Shown: one piece after another, positions 10,514-19,246 of the stretch
Numbering within the stretch: position 1 is the stretch's first letter
How the letters are laid out: the number at the start of each line of letters is the position of its first letter
NCBI GenBank assembly: GCA_965202785.1
Contig: OZ241855.1
Coordinates: forward strand, 1,344,001-1,408,000
DNA length: 64,000 nt
Source of the DNA: Thermodesulfobacteriota bacterium
Lineage (GTDB): Bacteria; Desulfobacterota_D; UBA1144; Nemesobacterales; Nemesobacteraceae
Direction: 5' to 3'
Notes under the pieces: model-generated
The model's input: the letters and a program-made list of their open reading frames with translations, nothing else
Told to the model about the DNA's origin: nothing
The model's database searches: none
Position numbers and translations under genes: made by a program

Positions 10514-10696
10514 TATGGTCGCTGAGAATACACAAATCAGATTTAGACCAACTTGCATATTTCCTGCTTGGAAATAGCACCCGGAATCTTAGATGTAACC
10601 GTGAATTAGTTCTTAGTGAATCGGGTCTTAGGGACCCGGTCCGGGGATTTTTTCTGCCAAGGCAAATCGGTTTTACGTTGCCGGTTTGGCTTTCAC

Positions 10697-10897
10697 TCAG
10701 TGAAGTACTCTTTTTCTTTTCTCTTCCCCTGTAATATCCTCGGAATCGTCATCGTAATAAAGGTAATTCATTTCTTCAAAGAGTTCGTCGAACTCATCCG
10801 CAAATTCATCCTCAAGCTCATCATCTTCGTCAAAAGTGTCGGAGATGTCTAAAGGGTAGTGAAAGTCTTCATCATCTTTTTTGATAAATTTGAGCAT
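10697..10897 (-). CDS. Small, highly acidic hypothetical protein (66 aa)
   Basis: GGAGG RBS 5 nt before ATG; 27/66 Asp+Glu; own promoter-like elements upstream. Confidence 0.75.
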   Translation of the reverse strand: MLKFIKKDDEDFHYPLDISDTFDEDDELEDEFADEFDELFEEMNYLYYDDDSEDITGEEKRKRVLH

Positions 10898-10929
10898 GAT
10901 TGCCTCCGGGGGGAATTTTTTTCAACCAA

Positions 10930-10984
10930 AAGCTACACCCCGGTTATCAAAAGTCAACATCCCGAGGTTAAGTTTCGGTTAAGT
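10930..10984 (-). promoter_or_regulatory. Putative sigma70 promoter plus tandem direct-repeat operator
   Basis: Minus strand: ACTTAACC-gaa-ACTTAACC (11-bp period), then TTGACT-N16-TAGCTT. Confidence 0.55.
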
Positions 10985-11015
10985 GACACAACTACTTTTA
11001 TTCATGACCTTTCCA

Positions 11016-11816
11016 TCACAGCGGTTTTAAAAGAAAAGAGACGTTCTCAAGGATAAAATCGGGTTTTATTGCATTGCCCTCAAGATCGGTTTTTTTAGTA
11101 ACTCCGGTCATTACAAGTGCCGTGCTGTACCCCGCTTTTTCCCCTCCGGCAATGTCGGTTCGGAGACTGTCTCCGACCAGAAGGGTTTTCTTCGTCGGCG
11201 CCACCCCGCTTTTCTTCAGAAGATCAAACATGTATTTCCCGGGCTTTCCGGCTGTGATCGCTTTCTTTCCCGATGCGGCTTCCACCGAAGCGAGGAGGGC
11301 TCCTGTCGCAGGGGCCCGGCCGTGTTCGCAAGGGTAGAAGAAGTCTGCGTTTGTGCCTATGAAGTCTGATCCGTTTCCGATTGCCATGGAAGCGGTCTTT
11401 ATCTCCTCAAGGTTAAATTCCGGGTGGCTTCCTATCACCACGAGGTCTGCTCCGAGAGAATCATTCCCTGAAACCTCAACCAGTCCCGTTTTCCTTATCT
11501 CGTTCTTTAGGTAATCGCTTCCGGCTATGAAGACCGTTTTCCATTTCTTCGATGAAAGGTTTTCCCTTATCATAGAAGCGGTTGCCATTGGGGAGGTTAC
11601 GAACTCGCTATCGTGCGAGCGAATTCCGAGTTCTTTGAGTTTCTCGGCATAGTCAGAAGGAGACCGCGAGGGGTTGTTGGTTATGAAGCGTATCTCTTTT
11701 TTATTCTTTCTTAACGCCTCTAACACTCTAGGGGAGTTACCGATGGCCTTTTCGCCGGAATATATAACCCCGTCTAGGTCAAAGACAAAATGATCAAACG
11801 AATTTTGAAAATCCAT
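11016..11816 (-). CDS. HAD-IIA family hydrolase (NagD-like)
   Basis: FDLDGVIY, ITNN, GKP, VGDSLRTDI, TGVT. Confidence 0.92.
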   Translation of the reverse strand: MDFQNSFDHFVFDLDGVIYSGEKAIGNSPRVLEALRKNKKEIRFITNNPSRSPSDYAEKLKELGIRSHDSEFVTSPMATASMIRENLSSKKWKTVFIAGSDYLKNEIRKTGLVEVSGNDSLGADLVVIGSHPEFNLEEIKTASMAIGNGSDFIGTNADFFYPCEHGRAPATGALLASVEAASGKKAITAGKPGKYMFDLLKKSGVAPTKKTLLVGDSLRTDIAGGEKAGYSTALVMTGVTKKTDLEGNAIKPDFILENVSFLLKPL

Positions 11817-11849
11817 AACAGGGACCGGAACTTTACGGGGGAGGCTGTT

Positions 11850-12173
11850 CTATCCCCAGATACTCTTTTTGAGTTCTTCCTGAAGATTGGAGTCGTAATT
11901 AGACTTCATTATCCTGACCAGTTTGTTTTCCCTGTCTTCAAAAAACTCAACTCCCATGAAGGTAAGCACGTCAAACGCAGCCCTTTTGTACCCTTCGTAA
12001 AACTCTTCTATCTCTCCCGAAGCCCTGACGGTCTTTGAATCAAGGTAAAGGGCTATTGCTGCGATTTCATCCTTTATCTCGGGGGATATCTCGATCTGAA
12101 ACCCCTCAAGTTCGCCCTGAAGGAGATGATTCGTGTACATCTCGATTACGGCGTCAAGTGTGTGTACGTCCAT
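11850..12173 (-). CDS. Hypothetical protein (107 aa)
   Basis: GGAGAGG RBS; lies within the operon; no recognised motif. Confidence 0.75.
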   Translation of the reverse strand: MDVHTLDAVIEMYTNHLLQGELEGFQIEISPEIKDEIAAIALYLDSKTVRASGEIEEFYEGYKRAAFDVLTFMGVEFFEDRENKLVRIMKSNYDSNLQEELKKSIWG

Positions 12174-12196
12174 TTAATCGTCCTCTCCGGCGTATT

Positions 12197-12607
12197 CTAA
12201 CCGTTTTTACTAAGAAGTTCACTTGCCACTATTATGTTGTCTCTTCCTGCCTTGGCCGCCAGCTGCACTGCTTCTTTTAGAGTGGTTTTTTCCTCAACGG
12301 TGCCGAGTTTTAAAAGCATTGGCAGGTTCACCCCTGAAATCACCTCCATTTCGCCGCTTTCAAGAAACATCAGGCTTATGTTGGAAGGAGTTCCTCCGAA
12401 CATGTCAGTTACAAGCAGTATTCCGTCTCCCTCGTCAACGGTATCGACTGAAGCCCTCACCTTTTTTTCAAAATCCTTGGAGTCTTTTGAGGCGTCTATT
12501 GAGACCGCGGTCATCTTGACCCTGGGTTCTTGGGGCAGAATGAAGTTCACTGCCGATATAAGCTCCTTCGCGAGCTCTCCGTGCGTGACCACCACTATGG
12601 AAAACAT
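12197..12607 (-). CDS. PTS EIIA component, mannose/fructose type (ManX-like)
   Basis: VVVTHG, LLVTDMFGGTPSN, SGVNLPML. Confidence 0.92.
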   Translation of the reverse strand: MFSIVVVTHGELAKELISAVNFILPQEPRVKMTAVSIDASKDSKDFEKKVRASVDTVDEGDGILLVTDMFGGTPSNISLMFLESGEMEVISGVNLPMLLKLGTVEEKTTLKEAVQLAAKAGRDNIIVASELLSKNG

Positions 12608-12614
12608 AGGATTT

Positions 12615-13472
12615 TTATAGCTTATTTATATCCCTGTGTCTAATAATCGCGGAATATTCTGAAAGGCTTTCGCCGAGGGCGTCAGCAATGACTACCGAGC
12701 GGTGCTTCCCTCCGGTGCACCCTATCCCCAAGGTAAGGTATGATTTTCCTTCCTCGGAATATTTCGGGATTAAAAAACGCAGAAAAGAGCACAGCTTCTC
12801 AAGAAACTCCTGCGAAGCTTTATCCGACATGACGAAGTCCACGATTTCGCTTCTGGTTCCGTCAAGGGCCCTCAGGGCTTCTGTAAAGTGGGGGTTTTTC
12901 AGAAACCGAACGTCGAAAACCAGATCTGCGTCTTCGGGAACCCCGTACTTGTAGCCGAAGGAGAGAAGGGTAATAAGAGGGGTTCGCTTGTCGGTTGTCC
13001 CGGCAATCTTTGCTATGATCGCTTTTAGATCGTGAACGCTGAGGGCACTTGTGTCTATGCGCTTGTCCGAGAGTTCTCGTATGTCCGCCAGGATTCGTTT
13101 TTCCTCTGATATTCCTTCGATAAGAGTCTTCTGGCTTCCAAGCGGATGAATTCTCCTTGTCTCCTTGTATCTCTTAACGATTGTCTCATCCGAGCATTCA
13201 AGAAACACAAGGTCGACTTTTTCGGCTGATTTTCTTATTTTTTCCAGCACCTTTTCGAAATCATAAAGTGTATCTTTTACCGGTATCCGTATATCAATGA
13301 CTGCGACCGCTTTTTTTATCTGCGTAAGAGATTTCCCGCAAAGGTCGATAAAAGAGAAAAGAAGCTCAGGAGGCAGATTGTCAACGCAGAAAAAACCCAG
13401 ATCTTCGAGCACCTCTGCCGCCGTGCTTTTTCCCGAACCGGAAAGTCCGCTCAGTATTATTATCCGTTCCAT
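12615..13472 (-). CDS. rapZ: RNase adapter RapZ (YvcJ)
   Basis: GLSGSGKST, CVDNLP, SFGYKYG, FDVRFL, IGCTGGKHRSV. Confidence 0.95.
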   Translation of the reverse strand: MERIIILSGLSGSGKSTAAEVLEDLGFFCVDNLPPELLFSFIDLCGKSLTQIKKAVAVIDIRIPVKDTLYDFEKVLEKIRKSAEKVDLVFLECSDETIVKRYKETRRIHPLGSQKTLIEGISEEKRILADIRELSDKRIDTSALSVHDLKAIIAKIAGTTDKRTPLITLLSFGYKYGVPEDADLVFDVRFLKNPHFTEALRALDGTRSEIVDFVMSDKASQEFLEKLCSFLRFLIPKYSEEGKSYLTLGIGCTGGKHRSVVIADALGESLSEYSAIIRHRDINKL

Positions 13473-14410
13473 TATTCTCGAGTGCCTGACGGAATCTCGA
13501 TCTTCTTGCCGGTCTCCTTAAGTATCTGGTTTCGCACTGCCACGTCTATTACGGAAGCCATGTTTCTTCCCGGACTCACAGGCAGCACGATGTACGGCAG
13601 TTCTATGTCGAGTATGGAGTATGTCTTCGTGTCCAAGCCCAGGCGGTCGTACTCTGTTTCGGAGTTCCACTGGTGAAGTTCTATAACCATGTCGATTTCT
13701 CTTTTTTCCATAACGCAGGTGGTTCCGAAAAGATCCTTTATGTTCACTATGCCTATTCCCCTTACTTCCACAAGGTACCTTATGTTCTCTGGGCCAACTC
13801 CGACGAGTGTCTGGGAACCTATCTTCCTTATTTCGACTACGTCGTCCGCTATAAGCTTGGAACCCTGTATTATGAGGTCGATCGCGCATTCGCTCTTCCC
13901 GATTCCGCTTTTCCCGAGAATCAGGACTCCCGTATGATGTACGTCCAGGAGTACTCCATGAACCGTTATGCAGGTTGCGAATTCCTCGGCGAGCAGTTCA
14001 TTGAGAATAGTTATGAATTTCCCCGTCCCCAAGGTCGTTGTAAAAAGCGGGACCCCCTTTTTTTCAAAATGATCGGCAAGGGATTTTCCTGGGCGAGCTC
14101 CCTTTGAGAGTATGTAGCAGGGAATATCGTTTGACAGAAGATTTGATATTATCTTTTCTTGGGTTTTGTCGGGAAACCCGTTTATGTAGGAGATTTCCGT
14201 TCTGCCGAGCACTTGTATGTTTCCTTGCTCGAGTTCTATTTTCTCTTCTATCATCCTTAATCCCGGTTTCTTGGCGCTCGGTGAAATAATGCGCCTTTCG
14301 AGCCCGTTCTCCCCGGAAACAGGTTCAAGACAGAGCTTTTCTCCGAACTTTCCGTAAAAGTCCCCGACCGAGAGGGAGTGGCTGTTCTCAGAGTTTTTCA
14401 TCTTCTTCAA
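13472..14410 (-). CDS. hprK: HPr(Ser) kinase/phosphorylase
   Basis: VHGVL, GKSGIGKSE, LIADD, EVRGIGI, PVSPGRN; start may be 14401. Confidence 0.93.
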   Translation of the reverse strand: MKKMKNSENSHSLSVGDFYGKFGEKLCLEPVSGENGLERRIISPSAKKPGLRMIEEKIELEQGNIQVLGRTEISYINGFPDKTQEKIISNLLSNDIPCYILSKGARPGKSLADHFEKKGVPLFTTTLGTGKFITILNELLAEEFATCITVHGVLLDVHHTGVLILGKSGIGKSECAIDLIIQGSKLIADDVVEIRKIGSQTLVGVGPENIRYLVEVRGIGIVNIKDLFGTTCVMEKREIDMVIELHQWNSETEYDRLGLDTKTYSILDIELPYIVLPVSPGRNMASVIDVAVRNQILKETGKKIEIPSGTRE

Positions 14411-14852
14411 TCAGCAGGTTATAAATATCAGAAGCCTCATTTGACGCAATAAGTTTTGACCTTACGTCGTTTTGCCGGAGTATTCTGCATATCCGTGCAA
14501 GCAGGGTTATCCAGGTTTCCGTGGGACAGTTCTCAGGGGTTATCAAAACGGCGAAAAGATAGGTCTTTTCTCCGTCTAGCGAGTCAAAGTCAACCCCCGT
14601 CTCACTTCTGGCAAAAGCTATGGTTATATCCGGAATATCAAGGAGTTTTACGTGTGGAATCGCCACTCCGGAATCAATTGCCGTGCTACATAGCCCTTCT
14701 CGTTCAACTAGGGTTTCGTTGAGCCTCTGTACGTTAAGCCTGGGGACGGCTTCTGCGACTTTTTCCGAAAGCTCTTGCAGCACGTCCGGTTTTGTCGTCG
14801 AAACGAGTTGGGGAAATACGGAATTTTTCTCCAGGCATTCAGAAATTCTCAC
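14388..14852 (-). CDS. ptsN: PTS EIIA(Ntr)-like protein
   Basis: ERE..STAI..GVAIPH, GVDFDSLDG; rpoN operon context. Confidence 0.88.
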   Translation of the reverse strand: MRISECLEKNSVFPQLVSTTKPDVLQELSEKVAEAVPRLNVQRLNETLVEREGLCSTAIDSGVAIPHVKLLDIPDITIAFARSETGVDFDSLDGEKTYLFAVLITPENCPTETWITLLARICRILRQNDVRSKLIASNEASDIYNLLIEEDEKL

Positions 14853-14868
14853 TTTTCTTCTTCCGCAG

Positions 14869-15411
14869 TCACGGGGTAAGAAGTCCTACCTTTTTCGAGT
14901 CGGTTTTTTTGTAAACAACATTCATCTCAAGCGTTTCGCTGTTTCTAAAAGCCACGAAATCCTCTTCGGATGCGTCAAGCTGCAGCAGTGCCTCACCAAC
15001 ACTCATGGGCTTGGGACTCAGGTACTGGTGATCTATCCTCAGGTTGTTTTCCGTCTCGGACCTCTGCGCGCGTGCGGCGGAAGGGGTCTTCGATACATTT
15101 CTTCTTCTCAGGCTCACCTGTTTATCTGTCCTTCTCCGCAACTGCTTTATTATCGTGTCGAAAAGCTTGTCTATGGCTGAGTGCATTTCCTCCGTTTCTA
15201 CCGAAGCGGCTGCTTTTAGGGGTCCCGAGCTGATTGTTATTTCCGCATTATTTCTAAGCTTCTCTGCTGAAAGAACTATTTTTGCTTCCGAGGGGTTTCT
15301 CTCCGGGTCTACGTACCTCTGGAGCTTTGGCATTTTCTTCATTGCGTAGCGTTTGAAATGCTCCGACTTTCTTTTGTCGGGAATGTTTTTCGTGATGATA
15401 TCGGTTTTCAT
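14869..15411 (-). CDS. hpf: Ribosome hibernation promoting factor (long HPF)
   Basis: MHSAID..KQLRR plus C-terminal KPMSVGEALLQL S30EA domain; downstream of rpoN. Confidence 0.88.
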   Translation of the reverse strand: MKTDIITKNIPDKRKSEHFKRYAMKKMPKLQRYVDPERNPSEAKIVLSAEKLRNNAEITISSGPLKAAASVETEEMHSAIDKLFDTIIKQLRRRTDKQVSLRRRNVSKTPSAARAQRSETENNLRIDHQYLSPKPMSVGEALLQLDASEEDFVAFRNSETLEMNVVYKKTDSKKVGLLTP

Positions 15412-15414
15412 GGT

Positions 15415-16836
15415 TCAAACCTCCTTTGAGAGTCTTTTTGATGAATTGGGTATGCCAAGTATTTTCCTGTATTTTGCAACCGTTCTTCTCGCGACTTTTA
15501 TGTTTTTCATGGAAAGTATCCTGGATATATCTTCGTCCGAGAATGCGCACTCTGCCGGTTCTTCATCAACTATTTCCCTGATCATTGATTTTATCTTTTC
15601 AAGCGAAACCTTTTGTCCGTTGGATGAGCGGATTCCTCTTGAGAAAAGCTTTTTAAGTTCTATCACTCCTTGGGGGCATTGTATGTATTTTCTGCTTGTT
15701 ATGCGGCTCACGGTTGATTCATGAATGCCCACTGTATCAGCCACATCCTTTAGCTTCAGGGGTTTTATGTGAGAACTGCCGTGATCGAAAAACTCCCTTT
15801 GCTCATCGACGATTTTCTCCATAACTTTGCGTATTGTAGTCTCTCGCTCTTCGATACAGCGGACGATTCTCTGGGCTACCTCGATTTTTTCCCGCAGATA
15901 GTCCGTGGTTTCTCCCGTTAGGTTCGCGCGGTCGGCGAGAATCTTTCTGCAGTAGGAACTTATCCTGAGTTTCGGAAAACTTCTGTTTGACTGCATCTGC
16001 AGGTTGTCTCCCACCTTGTACACATAAAAGTCGGGAACGATGTTTCTGGTTGCGTCCTTAGTGTAATAGGGTCGACCGGGCTTTGGCTCAAGGGAAGTTA
16101 TTACGGCTTCGATTTCCAGTATCTCTTCCCTGCTTATGTCAAGTTCAGTGCAAATCTTGTTGTAATCTTTTCTGCCGAGATCGTCGATATGGTTCTCCAC
16201 CAACCGCACAAGAACACTTTCCCTTTTATAACCGAGATCCAGAGCCTGTGCGGCGAGACACTCGGGGAGGGAGCGGGAACCGACCCCGATGGGATCAAAC
16301 GTGGTGCGTATATTCTCAGCTACCCGTATTATCTCCGCCATACGGCCACCGTCTGCCTCGGATGAGCCTTCTACGTCAAGCAGTCTTGCTATTTCCTCAA
16401 GTTCGATCTCAAGGTATCCGTCTTCATTTATGTTGCCGATTATAAGCGAAGCTATCTGCTTTTGCCGTTCGCTGAAATCGGTCATTGACAACTGCCAGTG
16501 GAGATGCTCAAACAGAGAGTCCTGATTAGGAATCTGGTTTTCCCAGGTGGTTTCCTCGCTTATTTCCGCCGAGAACTCTTCGGGTGCCGGATAGTCAGTT
16601 TCCGTCGGACCGAGATCGTTTAGAAGGGATTCTCCCGGATCTTCTTTCTCCGTTTCAGAAGATGAGTTGGGGTCTTCTTCCAAGGCAGGGTTCTCTATGA
16701 GCTGCTCCTCAAGGTATTCCCTGAGTTCAACAGTGTTCATCTGTACCAGGCTTAGAAAAAGCCTGAGATGCTGGGTGAGTATGAGCTTTTGCTTCTGTGC
16801 TACATTAGGGGTCTGCGAAAGACCGAATCCGCTCAT
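15415..16836 (-). CDS. rpoN: RNA polymerase sigma-54 factor
   Basis: ENPALE, GNINEDGYL, HESTVSR, RpoN box ARRTVAKYR. Confidence 0.97.
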   Translation of the reverse strand: MSGFGLSQTPNVAQKQKLILTQHLRLFLSLVQMNTVELREYLEEQLIENPALEEDPNSSSETEKEDPGESLLNDLGPTETDYPAPEEFSAEISEETTWENQIPNQDSLFEHLHWQLSMTDFSERQKQIASLIIGNINEDGYLEIELEEIARLLDVEGSSEADGGRMAEIIRVAENIRTTFDPIGVGSRSLPECLAAQALDLGYKRESVLVRLVENHIDDLGRKDYNKICTELDISREEILEIEAVITSLEPKPGRPYYTKDATRNIVPDFYVYKVGDNLQMQSNRSFPKLRISSYCRKILADRANLTGETTDYLREKIEVAQRIVRCIEERETTIRKVMEKIVDEQREFFDHGSSHIKPLKLKDVADTVGIHESTVSRITSRKYIQCPQGVIELKKLFSRGIRSSNGQKVSLEKIKSMIREIVDEEPAECAFSDEDISRILSMKNIKVARRTVAKYRKILGIPNSSKRLSKEV

Positions 16837-16892
16837 TTAAATGATTCTCTCCTTTTCCTGTTTCCCAAACCCTGTAAAACCAACCCATTTAA

Positions 16893-16901
16893 ATTATAAC
16901 A
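16893..16901 (-). promoter_or_regulatory. Extended -10 element for the rpoN operon
   Basis: TG-T-TATAAT on the minus strand, about 57 nt upstream of the rpoN ATG. Confidence 0.5.
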
Positions 16902-17098
16902 CCATTTGAGCCGTTATTTAATTTTAAGCCTGCATAGTATCAACAGGGAAGAGTCACACCGGGAGTGATTGTTTGGAGAAGGCTGCCGCGGGGGCGCAGA
17001 AAACAGCAGGGGATTGGCCGAGGAAAACTGTTTGGCCGCGCTTACCGGTTTATATGTAGAATCCAGATCCAGAGTCCGCTGCGTGACGGCGGATCGTG

Positions 17099-18826
17099 TT
17101 ACTCCCGGTACCACTCGTGGATATTCCACAGTTCGGAGTCCCATCCGTTTACTCGTACTCCCTTTAGGTTGCTACTGAAAGCCGAGACGAAGGCGCGGTG
17201 AACCAAGGGAATAACTACATGGTTCTGAATCAACATGTCATTCATTCGGATGACCAGGTTTTCGCGGTCCGGGCCGATAGGGGTTTGCTTCAGTTCCTCG
17301 TAGAGATCGTCATATTCTTGGTTGGACCAGCGGGATACATTACCGCCCAACCAGTCGTTTTCGGAACCGGGAATCTCCGTGGTTAGCCAGCTTGACAGAT
17401 AGTTCCGCGGATCAATGGAGGATGTTCCGTTGGCATACATTTCAATGTCGGCATAAAATCTCCAGAGGTTGTCGGGATTATCCGGATTGCTGCTGAAGAA
17501 AACACCTGCGTTAATGCTCTTCAACTCGGTTTCCACCCCTATATCCCTCCACCATCCCTGAATCAGTTCCTGGGTACCTTGGCGAACCGGGTTGGTAGAG
17601 GTCTGGTATAGAATTTTCAGACGGACTCCATCTTTTTCCCGGATGCCATCGTTGCCTGGTATCCATCCGGCCTGATCAAGCAGGGTTCTTGCTTCCTCGA
17701 TATCCTGGGTCAGGCAGTCTTCGTTATTTGGTGAAGCGTATTGGGTAGGCGCCGGAATAACATTGCAGGTTATCCTGCCTGCGGCGCCGTAAAGCTGTTC
17801 GACGATATGTCCACGATCAATTGCTAAAGACAAAGCCCTGCGCACTGCCGGGTCGGTCAGGAAGGGGTGAGGGTTGTTGCCGTCTGACCACTCGGAGCGC
17901 CGGTCTCCCAGAGCTGGATCGGTATTAGTGAAGTTGACTACCAAATGCTCAATAAGGGATGCGAAGGCTGGCCGAACTGTCCCCTTGCCGATTTCCTGCA
18001 AAGATTCCAGAGTCTGAGGGTCTATTTGCAGGTTCCAGCCATAGTCGGCTTCCCCCTTCTCCAAAACTGCCCGCGCGGCGGTGACGGCGTCCCCTCCGCC
18101 TTTTATTATCACTTTGGAGAACAGTCTTTCGGTTGCGCGGAAATGTTCGTTGGTTTCATAGGTAAGAACAGAGGTAGTTTCGGCATCCGATTCACTGATT
18201 GTGAAATCGGTGATTTTATAAGGCCCTGTGCCAACGGGGTGTAGGTTTTCCATATGGCACCCCTGAGCTGCCTCGCCGACGCAGTTTGCAAACTGCGCTT
18301 TTTGCAGAATAGGGGAAGAGGCCCCGACAAAGAGAATATATGGATAGACTTCGGGAGTGGTGAAGGTAATTCTGACACTTAGTGGGGAATCCTCGACGGG
18401 GTCCACATTCCCTATGGGTACGGAACCACACACATCTTCCGTTCCCGGCAGAGAACACAAGTATCTATGGGTAAATATAATATCTTCGACCGTTAGAGGA
18501 GTGCCATCAGACCAAAGGATTCCTTCCTTGAGCTTCCAGGTAATCGTGGTCATATCTTCTGATATGCCGCCATTGTCCGCGGTCGGAATTTCCTCGGCTA
18601 GTCGAGGCACCAGCCTTCCTTCCTCATCATAGTTAGCCAAGGGCTCTAGGATCAAAGCGCTGGCATCAACATCCTTAGTCCCGCCGGCGATATAAGGATT
18701 GGCTATAGTAGGAGCCTGCCAGTAAAGTATGGTCAGGGTTTCATCATCATCGTCATCTCCACAGGAAATTATGAAGAGTCCCGCAACTATCATGGCCAAG
18801 ACTAGAAACGTTTTTTTGTATTTCAT
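17099..18826 (-). CDS. Peptide ABC transporter substrate-binding lipoprotein (family 5)
   Basis: Lipobox LFIISC, PRLAEEIP, WSDGTPLT, GTGPY, VRRALSLAIDR. Confidence 0.9.
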   Translation of the reverse strand: MKYKKTFLVLAMIVAGLFIISCGDDDDDETLTILYWQAPTIANPYIAGGTKDVDASALILEPLANYDEEGRLVPRLAEEIPTADNGGISEDMTTITWKLKEGILWSDGTPLTVEDIIFTHRYLCSLPGTEDVCGSVPIGNVDPVEDSPLSVRITFTTPEVYPYILFVGASSPILQKAQFANCVGEAAQGCHMENLHPVGTGPYKITDFTISESDAETTSVLTYETNEHFRATERLFSKVIIKGGGDAVTAARAVLEKGEADYGWNLQIDPQTLESLQEIGKGTVRPAFASLIEHLVVNFTNTDPALGDRRSEWSDGNNPHPFLTDPAVRRALSLAIDRGHIVEQLYGAAGRITCNVIPAPTQYASPNNEDCLTQDIEEARTLLDQAGWIPGNDGIREKDGVRLKILYQTSTNPVRQGTQELIQGWWRDIGVETELKSINAGVFFSSNPDNPDNLWRFYADIEMYANGTSSIDPRNYLSSWLTTEIPGSENDWLGGNVSRWSNQEYDDLYEELKQTPIGPDRENLVIRMNDMLIQNHVVIPLVHRAFVSAFSSNLKGVRVNGWDSELWNIHEWYRE

Positions 18827-19001
18827 CTGAATCTCTCCTGAGAGGTTATTAGTACTACTTAAGGTTTTAGAATTTCCCTATTATTACCAAGAAACATTTG
18901 GAACGCAATCGTTATCGGGGATCATCAATTGAGAGTGCTCGGAAAAGCCCTGAGACTGCGGAGAATTTCTCAATTGTTTTTATGCGGTTATCTTTTTTTG
19001 T

Positions 19002-19223
19002 GTGAACGTAAGCGAAGCCGGAAGAATCATAATCATTCTCGGTGCGGTGCTAATAGCGCTCGGAGTCATGCTGCCTTATGTGGCGAAACTTGATTTCTTC
19101 GGGAAACTTCCTGGGGATATCAAAATCGAAAAAGAGAACTTCAGTTTCTATTTTCCGATCGCAACCTGCATAGTGCTGAGCATCCTGCTCACGCTTCTGG
19201 GCAATCTTTTCTTCAGAAAATAA
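19002..19223 (+). CDS. DUF2905 family small membrane protein
   Basis: GKLPGDI..NFSFYFPIATCIVLS signature. Confidence 0.88.
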   Translation: MNVSEAGRIIIILGAVLIALGVMLPYVAKLDFFGKLPGDIKIEKENFSFYFPIATCIVLSILLTLLGNLFFRK

Positions 19224-19246
19224 AAACGGGGGAGGTTGGACGGGGA

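Noticed and set aside
10421-10696. Possible attR copy of the tRNA-Leu 3' end, or a small ORF
   Set aside because: No match to GGTTCGAGTCCGGCCCTGGGCA was seen; the ORFs lack an RBS or recognisable features.
18931-18970. GAGTGC...CTGAGA resembles the 5' half of a TPP riboswitch
   Set aside because: There is no downstream GAACCTGAT/TAAT..CG core and no thiamine gene context.
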